Position numbers and translations under genes: made by a program. Below the pieces are notes generated by a model. It was not told the origin of the DNA. It worked only from the letters and a program-made list of their open reading frames with translations, and did not search any database. Shown here one piece after another: positions 28,220 to 39,500 of a DNA stretch of 64,000 nt (position 1 is its first letter; each line of letters starts with the position of its first letter). Origin of the DNA: Akkermansiaceae bacterium (GTDB lineage: Bacteria > Verrucomicrobiota > Verrucomicrobiia > Verrucomicrobiales > Akkermansiaceae); assembly GCA_051251915.1 (NCBI GenBank), contig JBPOGF010000010.1, positions 32,001 to 96,000 on the forward strand, written 5' to 3'.

Positions 28220-30031
28220 ATGCCAGCATATATTATATTTACTCTATTCATTCTCATTCAGACAAGTTTTGCTCAGCGTGCTAAATTAGAGCGCGTGCCC
28301 TTCATCCATCCTGGAATTATGATGACTGGAGAACAACTGGATTTGATGCGGGATAGGATCAATAAGGGGATTGAACCGCAAAAGTCTGCTTTTGATGTGC
28401 TCAAAAAGGACCGCCGGGCTGCGAAAGATTACAAACCCAATAATAAACATTTTAAATGGGATTCAGGCGAAAGAGACGCCCAGGCCTGCTGGGTTCAAGC
28501 GTTGATGTGGTCGATCACTCAAGAAGCGGTGTATGCTGAAAATGTTCTGAACATTATGGATGCCTACTCAACTTTAGAGGAAGTGACTGGAACTACGAAA
28601 GACCTCAGGATCGGCTTGATGGGCACTATGTTTATGCGGGGTGCAGAAATCGTAAAGCACACCTATCCGAAGTGGAGACCGGAAACAGAGAAGAAGTTCA
28701 TGGAGATGTACGACAGAGCGTTCATGCCTACTCTACTGACACGTGTTGAACACGAGAATAATTGGATGTCTTCAATTACTGAATCACTCATGGCCACTGC
28801 CATTTTCAAGGATGATCCAGAACTCTTTGATTTAGCAGTGTACCGTCTCAAGATTTACCTGCCGACGAATGTACCTCGTGAAAATGGACAGCCGGCAGAA
28901 TTATGGAGGGATATTGCCCATGCCGAGGAGGGGATCGGTGCTTTAATACAAACTGCAGAGATGGCCCGAAACCAGGGAGTTGATGCCTACGGGTGGCTAG
29001 ATAATCGCATGGTTAAAGGCATGGAGTATCTTGGAGAAGTCATCGACACAAAAGATAAACGATTCAAAAAAAATTACCCATTAGATGTGGGCTGGGAAAT
29101 CGTCTACAACCATTACCACTATCGAATGGGAATGGAAATTCCTTGGACGAAAAAATTAGTGCGAACTGTAAGGCCGGAAGGTTTATTTAGACACACGTCG
29201 CTGGGCACATTGATAAAAGGTGAAATGGATAAGGATAGACCAGTAACGATTTTACACTGGCGCCTACCTAAAGCTTACACAGGTGCACCGTATTCCCATA
29301 CCTTGAAAAGATACGGTTGTTCATCACCTGTTGAGTGGGTTCTAGATGAAGAGACGACCCTGCCTGCGGGTCTGAAAATCAGCACTGACGGACAGGTGAC
29401 TGGCAATGTCCAGGCTGCCCCCGGGGTCTATAAAATTGTCTTAAAAAGTTCCGGGCCATCCTGCGATCCTATTACAACCACCTATTATCTACCTGTCAGC
29501 AAGCAGCTTCCACCAGCACAAGTAAAAGCGACTAAGCCAGGTCTCAGATATGAATACAGAACCCCTCATTTTGACACCGAACCCGGTCTGAAGCCCTTTC
29601 AGAGTCTTACAACAGGCAGTATACCTACCTTCAGGTTTCCACCTGCCAAAGACGAAGCGTATGCCCTCCGCTTTACCGGTTATCTGGACGTTCCCACTGA
29701 CGGAAGTTACAGTTTTCAGGTGGGTACAGAAAACCAGTCCCGTCTCTATATTGATGACCGGCTTGTGGTGGACCATTGGATGCGTGATAATCGGGCCAGA
29801 ATAGCTTGGAGTCAATTTGACTCTGAATTAGGGCTAAAGGCCGGCAAACACAAGATTGTTCTTACGGTCAACAACGGCAATTACAAAAGGGGTAACCTCT
29901 ATGGAGAATGGCCTTCCATGCGCAATCTGTTCAAAGTCCAATGGAAGATCCCTGGTGCTGCTAAACATGTTTCCATACCCCAGTCAGCCTTGCTGCAACC
30001 TAGCGAATCTTCAGTACTACTTCAGAAATAA
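28220..30031 (+). CDS. Alginate-lyase-family (alpha/alpha toroid) protein with Ig-like and PA14 domains
   Basis: HPGI, NNW, RDIAH, WEIVYNHY; LPAGLKISTDGQVTG Ig-like repeat; ALRFTGYLDVPTDGSYSF...SRLYID PA14; the ORF-track start 28112 lies inside the GH28 remnant. Confidence 0.75.
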   Translation: MPAYIIFTLFILIQTSFAQRAKLERVPFIHPGIMMTGEQLDLMRDRINKGIEPQKSAFDVLKKDRRAAKDYKPNNKHFKWDSGERDAQACWVQALMWSITQEAVYAENVLNIMDAYSTLEEVTGTTKDLRIGLMGTMFMRGAEIVKHTYPKWRPETEKKFMEMYDRAFMPTLLTRVEHENNWMSSITESLMATAIFKDDPELFDLAVYRLKIYLPTNVPRENGQPAELWRDIAHAEEGIGALIQTAEMARNQGVDAYGWLDNRMVKGMEYLGEVIDTKDKRFKKNYPLDVGWEIVYNHYHYRMGMEIPWTKKLVRTVRPEGLFRHTSLGTLIKGEMDKDRPVTILHWRLPKAYTGAPYSHTLKRYGCSSPVEWVLDEETTLPAGLKISTDGQVTGNVQAAPGVYKIVLKSSGPSCDPITTTYYLPVSKQLPPAQVKATKPGLRYEYRTPHFDTEPGLKPFQSLTTGSIPTFRFPPAKDEAYALRFTGYLDVPTDGSYSFQVGTENQSRLYIDDRLVVDHWMRDNRARIAWSQFDSELGLKAGKHKIVLTVNNGNYKRGNLYGEWPSMRNLFKVQWKIPGAAKHVSIPQSALLQPSESSVLLQK

Positions 30032-30059
30032 GCGTAGTTGTAGAAAAGCCAGATCTGCA

Positions 30060-31445
30060 CTAATCATCATCTGATCTAAACTTTTTGCCCCAGAGTTTGT
30101 AGATTTTGGTTTTGGAGCCCATGTGCTCTGTTGCGGCGTTGACTTCATCTAGATAGGATACCATGAGTTTGTGTAATTCTGCTGTTTTCTCAGGCATTTT
30201 TTTCGAGAGATCTTTGGCTTCTGCTAGGTCCTTGCTCAGGTCAAAGAGCTCGATCGTGTTTTTCTCCCAAGTCTTTACAAGCTTGTAGTCGCCTTTACGG
30301 AGGGCAGTTTGAGGTTTGCGGATCACAGCTTGGTGGAATACCAAAAAGTCATTGTTACGCTCTACTGATTCAGATTTTCCTGTGAAGAGAAGTTTAAGGC
30401 TGCCGCCATCTAGTCTACCGTGCTGTAGTTTACGCCCAGCGATATCGGAAATAGTGGGCAATAGGTCTACGCCTGAAACAGGGACATGAGAAATGACGTT
30501 GGATTTGATTCCTGGGCCGCTGACGATGAATGGCACACGGATTCCACCTTCGTAGAGTTTTCCCTTACCGTCACGGAGTGGTAGATTGAGGTTTTCGGAC
30601 TTGAATCCTGGGAGCTTGGTTCTGCCGCCATTGTCAGACATGAAGATGATGTAGGTAGAGTCATCAAGGCCTAGTTCTTTGACTTTATCTAGCACTTTGC
30701 CGATGCCAGTGTCCATATCTTCGGTCATGGCTGCAAATTCAGGGATGTTGTGGTCATTTCCTTTTTTCCTTTTTGCAACGCGATCCAATGTCTCCTTTTT
30801 ATAGAAAATATCGAGGTGGACAGCATAATGCGAAAGCTGGACGTAGAATGGTTTTTTCTGCTCAGCACATTCAGTCATGAACTTGCAGGTGCGGTCTGTG
30901 AGGTAATCAATCAGCTTCGGATCTTCTTTGGCTGCAGGTCCGTCACTGCCACGACCTCCACCTTCAGTGTTTGTGGTTGGGCCATCGCTGACATCATACC
31001 CCAGAGCTTCTGGAGTGACATCGTCAAAGCGGAAATCCCATTTTCCGAAATGTGCGGTGCGGTAGTTTGGATCGATTGCTTTGAGGGTATTCGGGATAGT
31101 TGGCTGTTTATTGTAGTAGTCAGTCCAATCCGGTTGATCTTTCTGATAGATGTGTCGAGCGGGTGATTGACCGATGAGAATGCTGCGTCGTGTAGGGCAG
31201 CAATAAGGTGAGGATGCGTAGCCATTGGTGAAACGTATGCCCATTTTTGCCAAACGCTCTAGGTGTGGAGTCTGATAATAGTCGCTTTTGGAATCAGGGT
31301 TTGAAGGATCAATTGTTACAGAACTTCCGCGCCAGCTCTGATCATCACTGAGGATTAGGATAAAGTTAGGACGCTTTTCTGCTGCTTTAGAAAAGATTGA
31401 GCTAAGGAACAGGAGGCATAGTGAGACCTTAATTCTATTGTTCAT
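30060..31445 (-). CDS. Sulfatase (S1, Cys-type)
   Basis: PNFILILSDDQ, CCPTR, GKW, SDNGG, YEGGIRVP; start refined to MNNRIK. Confidence 0.93.
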   Translation of the reverse strand: MNNRIKVSLCLLFLSSIFSKAAEKRPNFILILSDDQSWRGSSVTIDPSNPDSKSDYYQTPHLERLAKMGIRFTNGYASSPYCCPTRRSILIGQSPARHIYQKDQPDWTDYYNKQPTIPNTLKAIDPNYRTAHFGKWDFRFDDVTPEALGYDVSDGPTTNTEGGGRGSDGPAAKEDPKLIDYLTDRTCKFMTECAEQKKPFYVQLSHYAVHLDIFYKKETLDRVAKRKKGNDHNIPEFAAMTEDMDTGIGKVLDKVKELGLDDSTYIIFMSDNGGRTKLPGFKSENLNLPLRDGKGKLYEGGIRVPFIVSGPGIKSNVISHVPVSGVDLLPTISDIAGRKLQHGRLDGGSLKLLFTGKSESVERNNDFLVFHQAVIRKPQTALRKGDYKLVKTWEKNTIELFDLSKDLAEAKDLSKKMPEKTAELHKLMVSYLDEVNAATEHMGSKTKIYKLWGKKFRSDDD

Positions 31446-31458
31446 ATGAATGATGGCT

Positions 31459-33297
31459 TTAAGGGGTTTTATCACCCAGTGTCTCAATCAGGCTTAATTG
31501 CATACGTTCTTCATAATTTTCCACCTTAAGTTTTTTAAGGGTGGGTAGGAGGGCACGTGCATCTTCACCGATCCAATCCATAATATTGAGCACTTTTAAT
31601 GTGGCGTAGCTATTTGTTTTCAGGAGGTTTTCCAGACATTGGTAGCCTTTGGTTTTCTCATTGGTATTAATGAGCAGCCAGGCTCCCATGGCTCTGACTT
31701 CATGGGACTCATCTTCAAGTCCTAGAAAGCCCGCAGATTGTTCATTGATCAGAAAACAACCGACCATGCCCCAATAACGCAGACCGCTGTCCGAGCTCTT
31801 GAGCAAGTTAAGCAGAGCATCCTTATTGGCGGGGTCTTTTTGCAGTGCTAGGTCTGCGGCATCGAGGTAAGCAGGGAGATTGTATAGCTCCGGATCACGC
31901 ACCATTTCATAAATGGTCATGTTGTTCTCAGCAGCACGTTTTACGACCTCTGACTCGGGTAGCATTCCAGCATCATAGACGGATTCCTGCCAGCCTCGTA
32001 GTTGAACTCTCATGCGCTTAGAGACTTCTGAAAACTCAGGGCTTTCGATCAGATTATTCACGTTGTCCGAGTCTTTTGTCATGTCGTAGAGTTCTTCTGT
32101 GTATCCTTTAGGGGAGAACCAGCGGGACTCTACTTCTGTGGCTTTACCAGACTTTACGTGCTCATCCCAGGCTTGAGATGCTTTCATTTTCCAGAGGAAG
32201 TTCAGCTTCTGCATCCATGGTGTATATGGCATGTAGTTTCTGATGTAGAGGAACTGTTTATCGCACACTGCACGGGAGTTTTCATTTCGCTCATCCATGC
32301 GGCTACGGAAGGCAAAGTGGTAGTCATTCTCTGGCTCTGCATTTTCGCCGAGAAAAACGGTGCCTTGCATCACTTTCGGGATGTTAGAGCCAGTCAGGCT
32401 CAGCCATGTTTTCGGCATGTCGACAAAACTGACGAGGCGGTCAACCTTTGAACCTGGGTTAGCAGGACGTAGTGCTTTGAATTTCTCTGGGATACGGATC
32501 ACGAGTGGTGCGTGCAGTCCGCTTTCAAACAAGTAGCGTTTGCTGCGAGGGAGCACTCCGCCGTGATCAGAGTTGTAGATGACAATGGTGTTTTCCGCGA
32601 GTCTGCTCTTCTCCAGCATCTCAAGGGCCTTGCCGACATCGGCGTCCATTCGTTTTACCGCGTCATGATATTTCGCGTAGTTTTTGCGGACGTCCGGAAG
32701 ATCTGGGTGGTACTTGCGGAGTTGGGTGTCGGCTGGGTCGTGAATCGTCTTTTCTACATTTCCCTGTGCTCGGCTTTCGTGTGATTCCTTGAAATTGATT
32801 ACCTGGAAGAATGGCTGTTTCTTTTTCAAGACCTGCCAATCCACATCGCCTGGGTTATCCCAGCACTCTTTATCTTCACGTCCACCGATATTGTAATCTG
32901 TTTTATTGGAATTTCCGGTGTAGTATCCGTTTTTGCGGAGGAGATCAGGATAGTAGGGGATTTTGTCATGCGGAATATCATAGCGGCTGCGCATGGGATG
33001 CGTTCCCATAGAAACAGCATGAACTCCGGTGATCCAGGTGCTGCGTGATGGTGCACAGACAGGAGCATTGGCGTAGGCATGCATGTACTGAAAGCCTTCT
33101 GTCGCTAGGCGATCAATGTTCGGGGTCTCCGCATGTGGGTTGCCGTAGCACCCCACCCAGGTCACATTGTTGTCTTCGCTGGTCAGCCATAAGATATTTG
33201 GCTTTTCGGCAGCTTGACTAGTGAGGTTGCAGAGTGTGAAGGCTGCTAGTGCTCCTAAACTTAGAGAAATTGGCTTGATGGGATTCATTGGTAACAT
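31459..33297 (-). CDS. Sulfatase with C-terminal HEAT-like helical extension
   Basis: PNILWLTSED, CAPSR, SDHG, YIRNY, ELYD; helical tail with DSDSGLRYW/DESHEVRAM repeats. Confidence 0.92.
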   Translation of the reverse strand: MLPMNPIKPISLSLGALAAFTLCNLTSQAAEKPNILWLTSEDNNVTWVGCYGNPHAETPNIDRLATEGFQYMHAYANAPVCAPSRSTWITGVHAVSMGTHPMRSRYDIPHDKIPYYPDLLRKNGYYTGNSNKTDYNIGGREDKECWDNPGDVDWQVLKKKQPFFQVINFKESHESRAQGNVEKTIHDPADTQLRKYHPDLPDVRKNYAKYHDAVKRMDADVGKALEMLEKSRLAENTIVIYNSDHGGVLPRSKRYLFESGLHAPLVIRIPEKFKALRPANPGSKVDRLVSFVDMPKTWLSLTGSNIPKVMQGTVFLGENAEPENDYHFAFRSRMDERNENSRAVCDKQFLYIRNYMPYTPWMQKLNFLWKMKASQAWDEHVKSGKATEVESRWFSPKGYTEELYDMTKDSDNVNNLIESPEFSEVSKRMRVQLRGWQESVYDAGMLPESEVVKRAAENNMTIYEMVRDPELYNLPAYLDAADLALQKDPANKDALLNLLKSSDSGLRYWGMVGCFLINEQSAGFLGLEDESHEVRAMGAWLLINTNEKTKGYQCLENLLKTNSYATLKVLNIMDWIGEDARALLPTLKKLKVENYEERMQLSLIETLGDKTP

Positions 33298-33314
33298 GTG
33301 TTGTAGGGTATCGA

Positions 33315-34793
33315 TTATTTCTGTAGTTCGAAAGCTCCGATGTCTGCTTTGCCTGGTTCAATAGGATTCTTCAGAATATCGATGGTCCCAGCATTCTTGA
33401 TGATTACGCTGGCGTCGATGAGTGGAGAGTTGGGTTTGAGTTGGTAGCCACGCAGTGCATCCATCGTTGTCAGATCGATATCGTAACCGACTTTGCCAGG
33501 CTGAACAAACATAGGATCAGCGACGATGGGTTTCTTGTCTGATGGGTGCGGTTTAATATTATGATACACATTATTGTTAAATAGGGTGTTGATGCCTTTT
33601 GCTTTTCGTCCCCATTCCCCTTTTTCTTCAAAGTAGAAGATATTGTTTTCAAAGGTGGTATTTATTGGAGTTCTTCCTTCCACAAAAACTTCCGAATGCA
33701 GACCTTTACCAACATAGTGTGTGTTGTTATAGATATGGACATTCTCTGCATTTTTATTCCGATCAAAACCGTAGAAGTAAAGACCGTGTTTATCATTCTG
33801 GCTGACGTTGTATCGAATGTATACATTTCTCGTCGGTCTTTTCATGATCCCGCAGAACCAGAGGTTATCATGGCTGTAGTTGTATTGAATGTAGGTATTG
33901 ATGCAGTTGTAGTCGGCATCGAAACCACCACGATCCGATTCGCCTCCGCCATCTTTATTTTCCGTATCACCCACATTTCCGTAGGCTTCGTTATACTGCA
34001 TTTTTATCCCGTCTGTATTGAAACAGAAGATACTGTGTCCCGTATCGCGGCGGCTGCTATTGGCGAGAATGTTGTGCTCATAGATCGCGTCCTTACTACA
34101 GCGCGCAATGATATTATTCCGCCCCGTAGTGTCTACTCGATTGCCTGCTACATAGACATTAGTCCAAAGGTTCTCTGCTTCATAGCTATCCTTTAGCAGC
34201 TTCACACCGCCACAGGAGGAGGTATTTCCTATCCCTACTCCACCGATGTGCTCCACTTGGTTGTTGGTAATACGCAGGTCGTCGAACTTTGATTTCTTCA
34301 CCTTATTCATGTGCACATGGATGCCGCCACGCTTTTTCCCAGCAACCATTCCATTCACGTGGTGCACATGGCAGTCGTTGATATAGACATGCCGATAAGT
34401 CCCTTCCTTTCTCTCAACTAGCACATAGATACCAAAGAGAGTGCCTTGATCAGTATCTGTGCCATCTGTATTAGTAATTTCCAGACTATGCACCTCCCAA
34501 TAGGAAGGGTTCTTCAGCATCACTCCAGCCAAGTTCTTGCCCTTAGCATTAATCACTGGCCGCTTACCTGAACCATAGGCACCGATGCGGATTGGAGACT
34601 CTTCTTCTCCATTCCCCTTCGGCGCCAGCATGCCGGTGAACGTCATACCTCGTTTTAGCAAGATGCTATCGCCAGCCTGCAATGTAATAGTGCTGATAAA
34701 GTCGAATTTCTTTTGCGAGTCGACTTGATAGTCCCTCGCTAGACAAACTACTGGAAGGAATGCCAAAAGAGCTATTATAGATAGAATTTTCAT
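33315..34793 (-). CDS. Secreted right-handed beta-helix protein (possibly GH136-like glycosidase)
   Basis: LQAGDSILLKRG, PIRIGAYGSG, QYNEAY, DRGGFDADYNC, QYNYSHDN, ADIGAFE. Confidence 0.65.
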   Translation of the reverse strand: MKILSIIALLAFLPVVCLARDYQVDSQKKFDFISTITLQAGDSILLKRGMTFTGMLAPKGNGEEESPIRIGAYGSGKRPVINAKGKNLAGVMLKNPSYWEVHSLEITNTDGTDTDQGTLFGIYVLVERKEGTYRHVYINDCHVHHVNGMVAGKKRGGIHVHMNKVKKSKFDDLRITNNQVEHIGGVGIGNTSSCGGVKLLKDSYEAENLWTNVYVAGNRVDTTGRNNIIARCSKDAIYEHNILANSSRRDTGHSIFCFNTDGIKMQYNEAYGNVGDTENKDGGGESDRGGFDADYNCINTYIQYNYSHDNLWFCGIMKRPTRNVYIRYNVSQNDKHGLYFYGFDRNKNAENVHIYNNTHYVGKGLHSEVFVEGRTPINTTFENNIFYFEEKGEWGRKAKGINTLFNNNVYHNIKPHPSDKKPIVADPMFVQPGKVGYDIDLTTMDALRGYQLKPNSPLIDASVIIKNAGTIDILKNPIEPGKADIGAFELQK

Positions 34794-34841
34794 TAAATTT
34801 AAGTAAAGTGATGCGTGTAGTATATGATAGAAAAGGTGAAA

Positions 34842-34868
34842 AGGGCTATCGAAAAATTCGATAGCCCT
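34842..34868 (-). terminator. Intrinsic terminator after the PEP-CTERM gene
   Basis: AGGGCTATCGAA-AAA-TTCGATAGCCCT with a T-run on the minus strand. Confidence 0.8.
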
Positions 34869-34918
34869 GAAATTTGACTGGTGTTTTTAGCCTGTAAAAG
34901 TTCGCACCGATGAGATGA

Positions 34919-35683
34919 CTAACGTCGACGACGAAGGATCAAAGTAAGACCTCCGAGACCGAGTAGAGCAGTACTGCTTGGCTCTGGAACAACAGCGGCA
35001 AAAGCGACTGCAACTGATCCATCATTTAAGCTAGTGCCTATACGATTCCACTCTGTTGCATGTGTCCCCGCACCAACTGTAGCATATGCGCTCGTAATCG
35101 TGCCTGTATCTCCATCAGTATTGTCACCCGTTAAATCGACTGCCACCACATTGCCTAGAGGTCCACTTGCAATCGTTGGTGTGCCGTCGTCATTTGAGCC
35201 ATACCATTCGACGATAAATGAACTAGATGCAGTCGTTGTTAATGAAGTGTTCGGATCAGCACCATCCTGTAGTGATGTGTCAAGTATCGGAGTGACACCT
35301 GTATCTACTCCTGAGAGTTCGTATAAGGTGTAGCCAAATTCGTTGGTTTGATTTGTAAATGTGATAGAGAAATCAGTACCAGTAGGATTCAGCCAGTAAG
35401 CCATGCGAGTTCTACTTCTAGTCTCATCTCCATTATTTATTACGTCAGCAGCAACTCCACCAAAACTAATTGAACTTATCTCGTGGCTCCCAGAGTCAGT
35501 GTAAAAACCAATCGCAAGGGCATTACCTGCGCCGAGAGTGTAGTTAATCGTCTGGGCAGAAGTTGAAGAATTACCAACTCCAGACACCGAGTTAACGATC
35601 GCTATTGCTCCGTGTGAGTTGAGAGCCAGAGCACATATTGCTCCGGCAGTAAGGGTTCTTTTTTTTGTGATTTTGTAGTTCAT
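34919..35683 (-). CDS. PEP-CTERM sorting-domain surface protein
   Basis: Signal peptide, Ser/Thr/Gly-rich body, VPEPSSTALLGLGGLTLILRRRR. Confidence 0.95.
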   Translation of the reverse strand: MNYKITKKRTLTAGAICALALNSHGAIAIVNSVSGVGNSSTSAQTINYTLGAGNALAIGFYTDSGSHEISSISFGGVAADVINNGDETRSRTRMAYWLNPTGTDFSITFTNQTNEFGYTLYELSGVDTGVTPILDTSLQDGADPNTSLTTTASSSFIVEWYGSNDDGTPTIASGPLGNVVAVDLTGDNTDGDTGTITSAYATVGAGTHATEWNRIGTSLNDGSVAVAFAAVVPEPSSTALLGLGGLTLILRRRR

Positions 35684-35775
35684 AATATGATGGTTTTTAG
35701 ATTAAGAGTATTCAATCAACCTTGGGCGTGTCCATAAATTGATTCCTGCAGGTTAGCATGCTTCCTTTTCATATA

Positions 35776-35802
35776 CTTATCCTTGATTCAGGAAAACCTG
35801 CC
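35776..35802 (-). promoter_or_regulatory. Putative ECF sigma promoter for the PEP-CTERM gene
   Basis: Minus strand GGCAGG-TTTTCCTGAATCAA-GGATAAG. Confidence 0.75.
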
Positions 35803-35869
35803 GTAATTTATAGAAAAAAATGGCAGTTTGTATTTAGCTCTTCAGAGTAGACGATCAGAGTGCCTCTAT

Positions 35870-36544
35870 TCATTCCTTCAGCCATCCTGTGAATTCATCG
35901 ATGGAGCGATAGGTGGGAGAGCCAGTGGCTGGGTTTTTATAGAGGAATACGAATGCGCGCTTGTTCTCAAAGTATGGCCATAGGCTGGCCGCGAAGAGTT
36001 TCGGTTTGCCGTCCTTAAGCTTAAAGAAACGCACCTGATAGTTCGCGAGTTCTCCTTTGCGCTGTGGTCTGAAGATGGTTCTACTCCCAGGTAAGAAGCT
36101 CAGTTTTTTCTCTCCCAGTTGTGCTGCAAAGGTTTCATTAGCGAGATTCATAATCATGATCTGGCTCGGTCGGAAGGTAGGGTCGTCAGCGCGCACAACG
36201 ACTGCTTTGAGTGCTCCTTCCTTAGCCGGAAGCACTAACACTAGAAAGCGTTTACCGACCTCAGGAAGTTTTATAGTAGCAAGGTTTTTGAAGGTTTCAG
36301 CATCCAGGCTACCCAATGCAATTTCGCGCCCTTTCGCTGGGGCAGTGATGGGGGTGGAGAAGCCGTTATTGGGTATAGCGAAGAGTTGCGTGCGCTTTTC
36401 CTTAGCGGCTAGAATGTATTTACCGCCAATATCTTTTACTCCAAACGAAGTGAAGCGAAGCTGGATGTCATTACTTGACTTTTTTTCCTGAGCCATGGAG
36501 GGCACCTGAAAAAAGAAGAGGAGAATGAGAATGATTTTATTCAT
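35870..36544 (-). CDS. Secreted hypothetical protein, partner of the PilX-like gene
   Basis: Signal peptide, basic beta-rich 224-aa body; starts 5 nt after the stop of 36550-39903. Confidence 0.75.
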   Translation of the reverse strand: MNKIILILLFFFQVPSMAQEKKSSNDIQLRFTSFGVKDIGGKYILAAKEKRTQLFAIPNNGFSTPITAPAKGREIALGSLDAETFKNLATIKLPEVGKRFLVLVLPAKEGALKAVVVRADDPTFRPSQIMIMNLANETFAAQLGEKKLSFLPGSRTIFRPQRKGELANYQVRFFKLKDGKPKLFAASLWPYFENKRAFVFLYKNPATGSPTYRSIDEFTGWLKE

Positions 36545-36549
36545 AAAAA

Positions 36550-39500
36550 TTAGGGTTCATTTTTTCCTAACCAACGAAAGGAAACGATGACGAACTTACG
36601 ACCTAAGCGCTGGTTCACCTCACTAGTCAACGCGCTTGGCAGGACGTGACTCTCGTCTGCCGGATCAACATAGTCAGCTGTTCTTTGAATAACAGCCTCA
36701 CAACGAGCGCTAGCCAGCAACTGACCACTCTGGCTGCGAGACTCACCGTAAGCGCGCACGGTAAAGGTATCGGAGCGTGGGGTGAAGCGCGATCCGAGAG
36801 TCGTAAGAATATCTCCCTGTTTGACATGACCTGGCACGTGAGTCATCTGCGATCCAGAATCCGCCTCGGGGAATGCGATTCCAGATGAAGCAGTAATAGA
36901 ACTACGAGAGCCGCTTTCGAGCTTCTTGTTGATGCTCAAATTTAGAGCGGACTGCAATGCACCCGATGAAGCGAGTTCCGTATCAGTGCCCAAGCGGCGA
37001 TTCACGAAGTCTCCTAGCGAAAGAAAGGGTCCACGTTTTCTAACCTCCGCCACCATAGCCTCCGCCAACTCCTTAAGTTCTGTATCGGAGGGATCACGAT
37101 AGCCTGTCCATTGATTCTCCAATGACGGGTCATCAAGGTCATCTTCCGAGACTGCTGAGCCTTTCGGGATAAGTAGGCTGGCTATAGGATTATTTGCGCT
37201 TTCCCAGTCGCTACTAGTGCCTCCACTGGACTCTACTGGAACCTTCAGACCGTGGGTGGAGCGAAACATCGCTAGCCACGCTGCGGGATCAGTTGAATTG
37301 ATATTGAATGCGCCATGGATTCTGAGCAATGACGCTATTTTCAGGTGAGCATCACTTTTAGGAACCGTGCCGTCAAAGAGCATGTCGGCATCTGCCTCGG
37401 GATCGCTACCTGCATAACTATAGTGACGGTTTGGCAAAAGCTGTGCTTCTCCGTTTAGTCCAACCAAACGATCAAAGAGGCTGCGAGCCGTCCCTGCGAG
37501 GTCTCCGGTATGGTGCGGAGCATTGCGTTCGGCCAGTGAGGACACAAACCACTGGTCCCATAAGGCATCGTTCGCAAGCCAAGAGTGATCGACTGCTGGC
37601 ATGCCATTGAAGGACCCTGTGTTTTGATCCTGCTCGATACAGGGTGGAGCAAATGAGTTACCAATTGCGTGCATGACAGCAGGCTGCAGGATGCGGTTGT
37701 GAAATCTAGCACTGTTGTATTTGACCTTTACAAGATCATGCTCAACTCCATTGGCCAGCGCGTGCTGAAAGTGACCCAGTGAAATCGGGCGTTCCCGAGA
37801 AACCGAGTGGGTGACAATATAGGATTGCCCGATATCAGCCTTGTAGGAGGCGCCGAAATAGCCCTTTCCAGTATCATAGTCGAAGCCCCGATCCAAGCCA
37901 CCACTGATCGGTTGCATGAGTGGTTCGTATGGAAGGGTATGCATGGTATTTGGATCAGTAGCCTGATGATCGAAACCCATCGCAGAGGGGCTCAGACGAG
38001 CTAAATATCGCGACTTTAGGGAGCCTTCTTTCTCGGTTCTCGCTAAGTAGGAAAATAGGGCGAGTGGCTGGGGTATTGTAAGGTTGGCTGCAGAAGAAAA
38101 AGTCTTGTCAGGAACACTGGAGAACATCCCCGAGGGGAAGTCCGCGGCGGCTAGTTCGTCGTCCCAGCCGAAGCGGTCGATCCCTAGCCCCCCGACCCAG
38201 TGACGGTCCGAGTCACTGGTTCCCAAGAAACTGAAAAATTCGACAAGTCCCCATTTATCAGCTCCCCTTTGAGCTGAGCGATTCATCGATATGGTGACTG
38301 GACTTACATCATTGATCAGCAGTCCAGTATCGAGGGAAAACCCTCCAGTGCCAGACCATCCCGGCTTACCTTCGAAAGTAGAGTAATCTTCGGTAGGTGT
38401 CGCGGCTTGTCGTCCCCGGCTGTATATCTGCACCTCGCCCGGACGCATCACGACAGGCGTATTTTGACCGATTTCCATACTAATCATATTGTTATCATCT
38501 GATCTAACCTCATTGAAGTGAACTGTCTTGTTCACGTCTCCGGTTTTGATCGTAATGTCGTACGGTAAGCCCCAACAGCGGGTGGTCAAGTGACCGCCAG
38601 GCTGCATAATAAGGTTTGCATCAAAAGGATTCCAGAGCCAAATAATCGGTTCGATAACAATGTAAATTTTGTAGGATGGAGTATCAATGGTACCCACATT
38701 ACGAGAATAGGCAGATATATGCCAAGATGCCCTTAGCACAACTGGTCGAAGGTAGGCAAAAAATGTATCGTTCGCCGCAGCTATTTTATCATCCTTTCCT
38801 ACCAGGGAGGGAACATCATTATTGAGACTGCCACCGTCTGCGTGGGAAAAACTGGAGGTATCATAAGTAAGTCGAGTACTGACTTCATGAAAGTCTCTTA
38901 GCTCCTTGAAATTGATTCCGCGGCGGTCACCATGTTGATAAAGGGCGACGGCACTATCACCTGACGCAGGATCTTGCAGATGTAGACTCAGGTCTTTTCG
39001 GAAGCCACCGTTACGAACATCAGTGAGAAGCCCCTCGGACCATACCGTGTAGGATCTGAGATCGTCCTTGCTAGCAGTTTCGCTGAGTGGGATAAGATCC
39101 ACTGACTGTCCAGAGGCGATCAGCTCCAGCGCAGCATCACTGCGTGGCACAGATTCCATACCCAGCAATGCGCCATGTCCGACAGGTGGTGATTGCCAGC
39201 GGCTGAGATGATCGGCGAGATCTTCACGCTCAGATTCCAAGGCGCCGCCGAGTCGAGCCTTGGAATTCTCATCAATAACTGTATATGCATAGCCTCCATT
39301 ATCTAGCTCGATTAGAGGAGCGGAAAGCTTAACTGAAGACTGATCACCCATCAAGGTAACCAAATCGGAAGCGGTTGATGGAAAAGATGGATCTCCGAGG
39401 CTTGCCGGATTACCTGAGACCAACCAACTGCGAAATTCTGGTTCAGGCCGTTTTTCAGTCTCAGCAGACCAGCTTTCCCAAGTTCCAATCCAGTGCTTAC

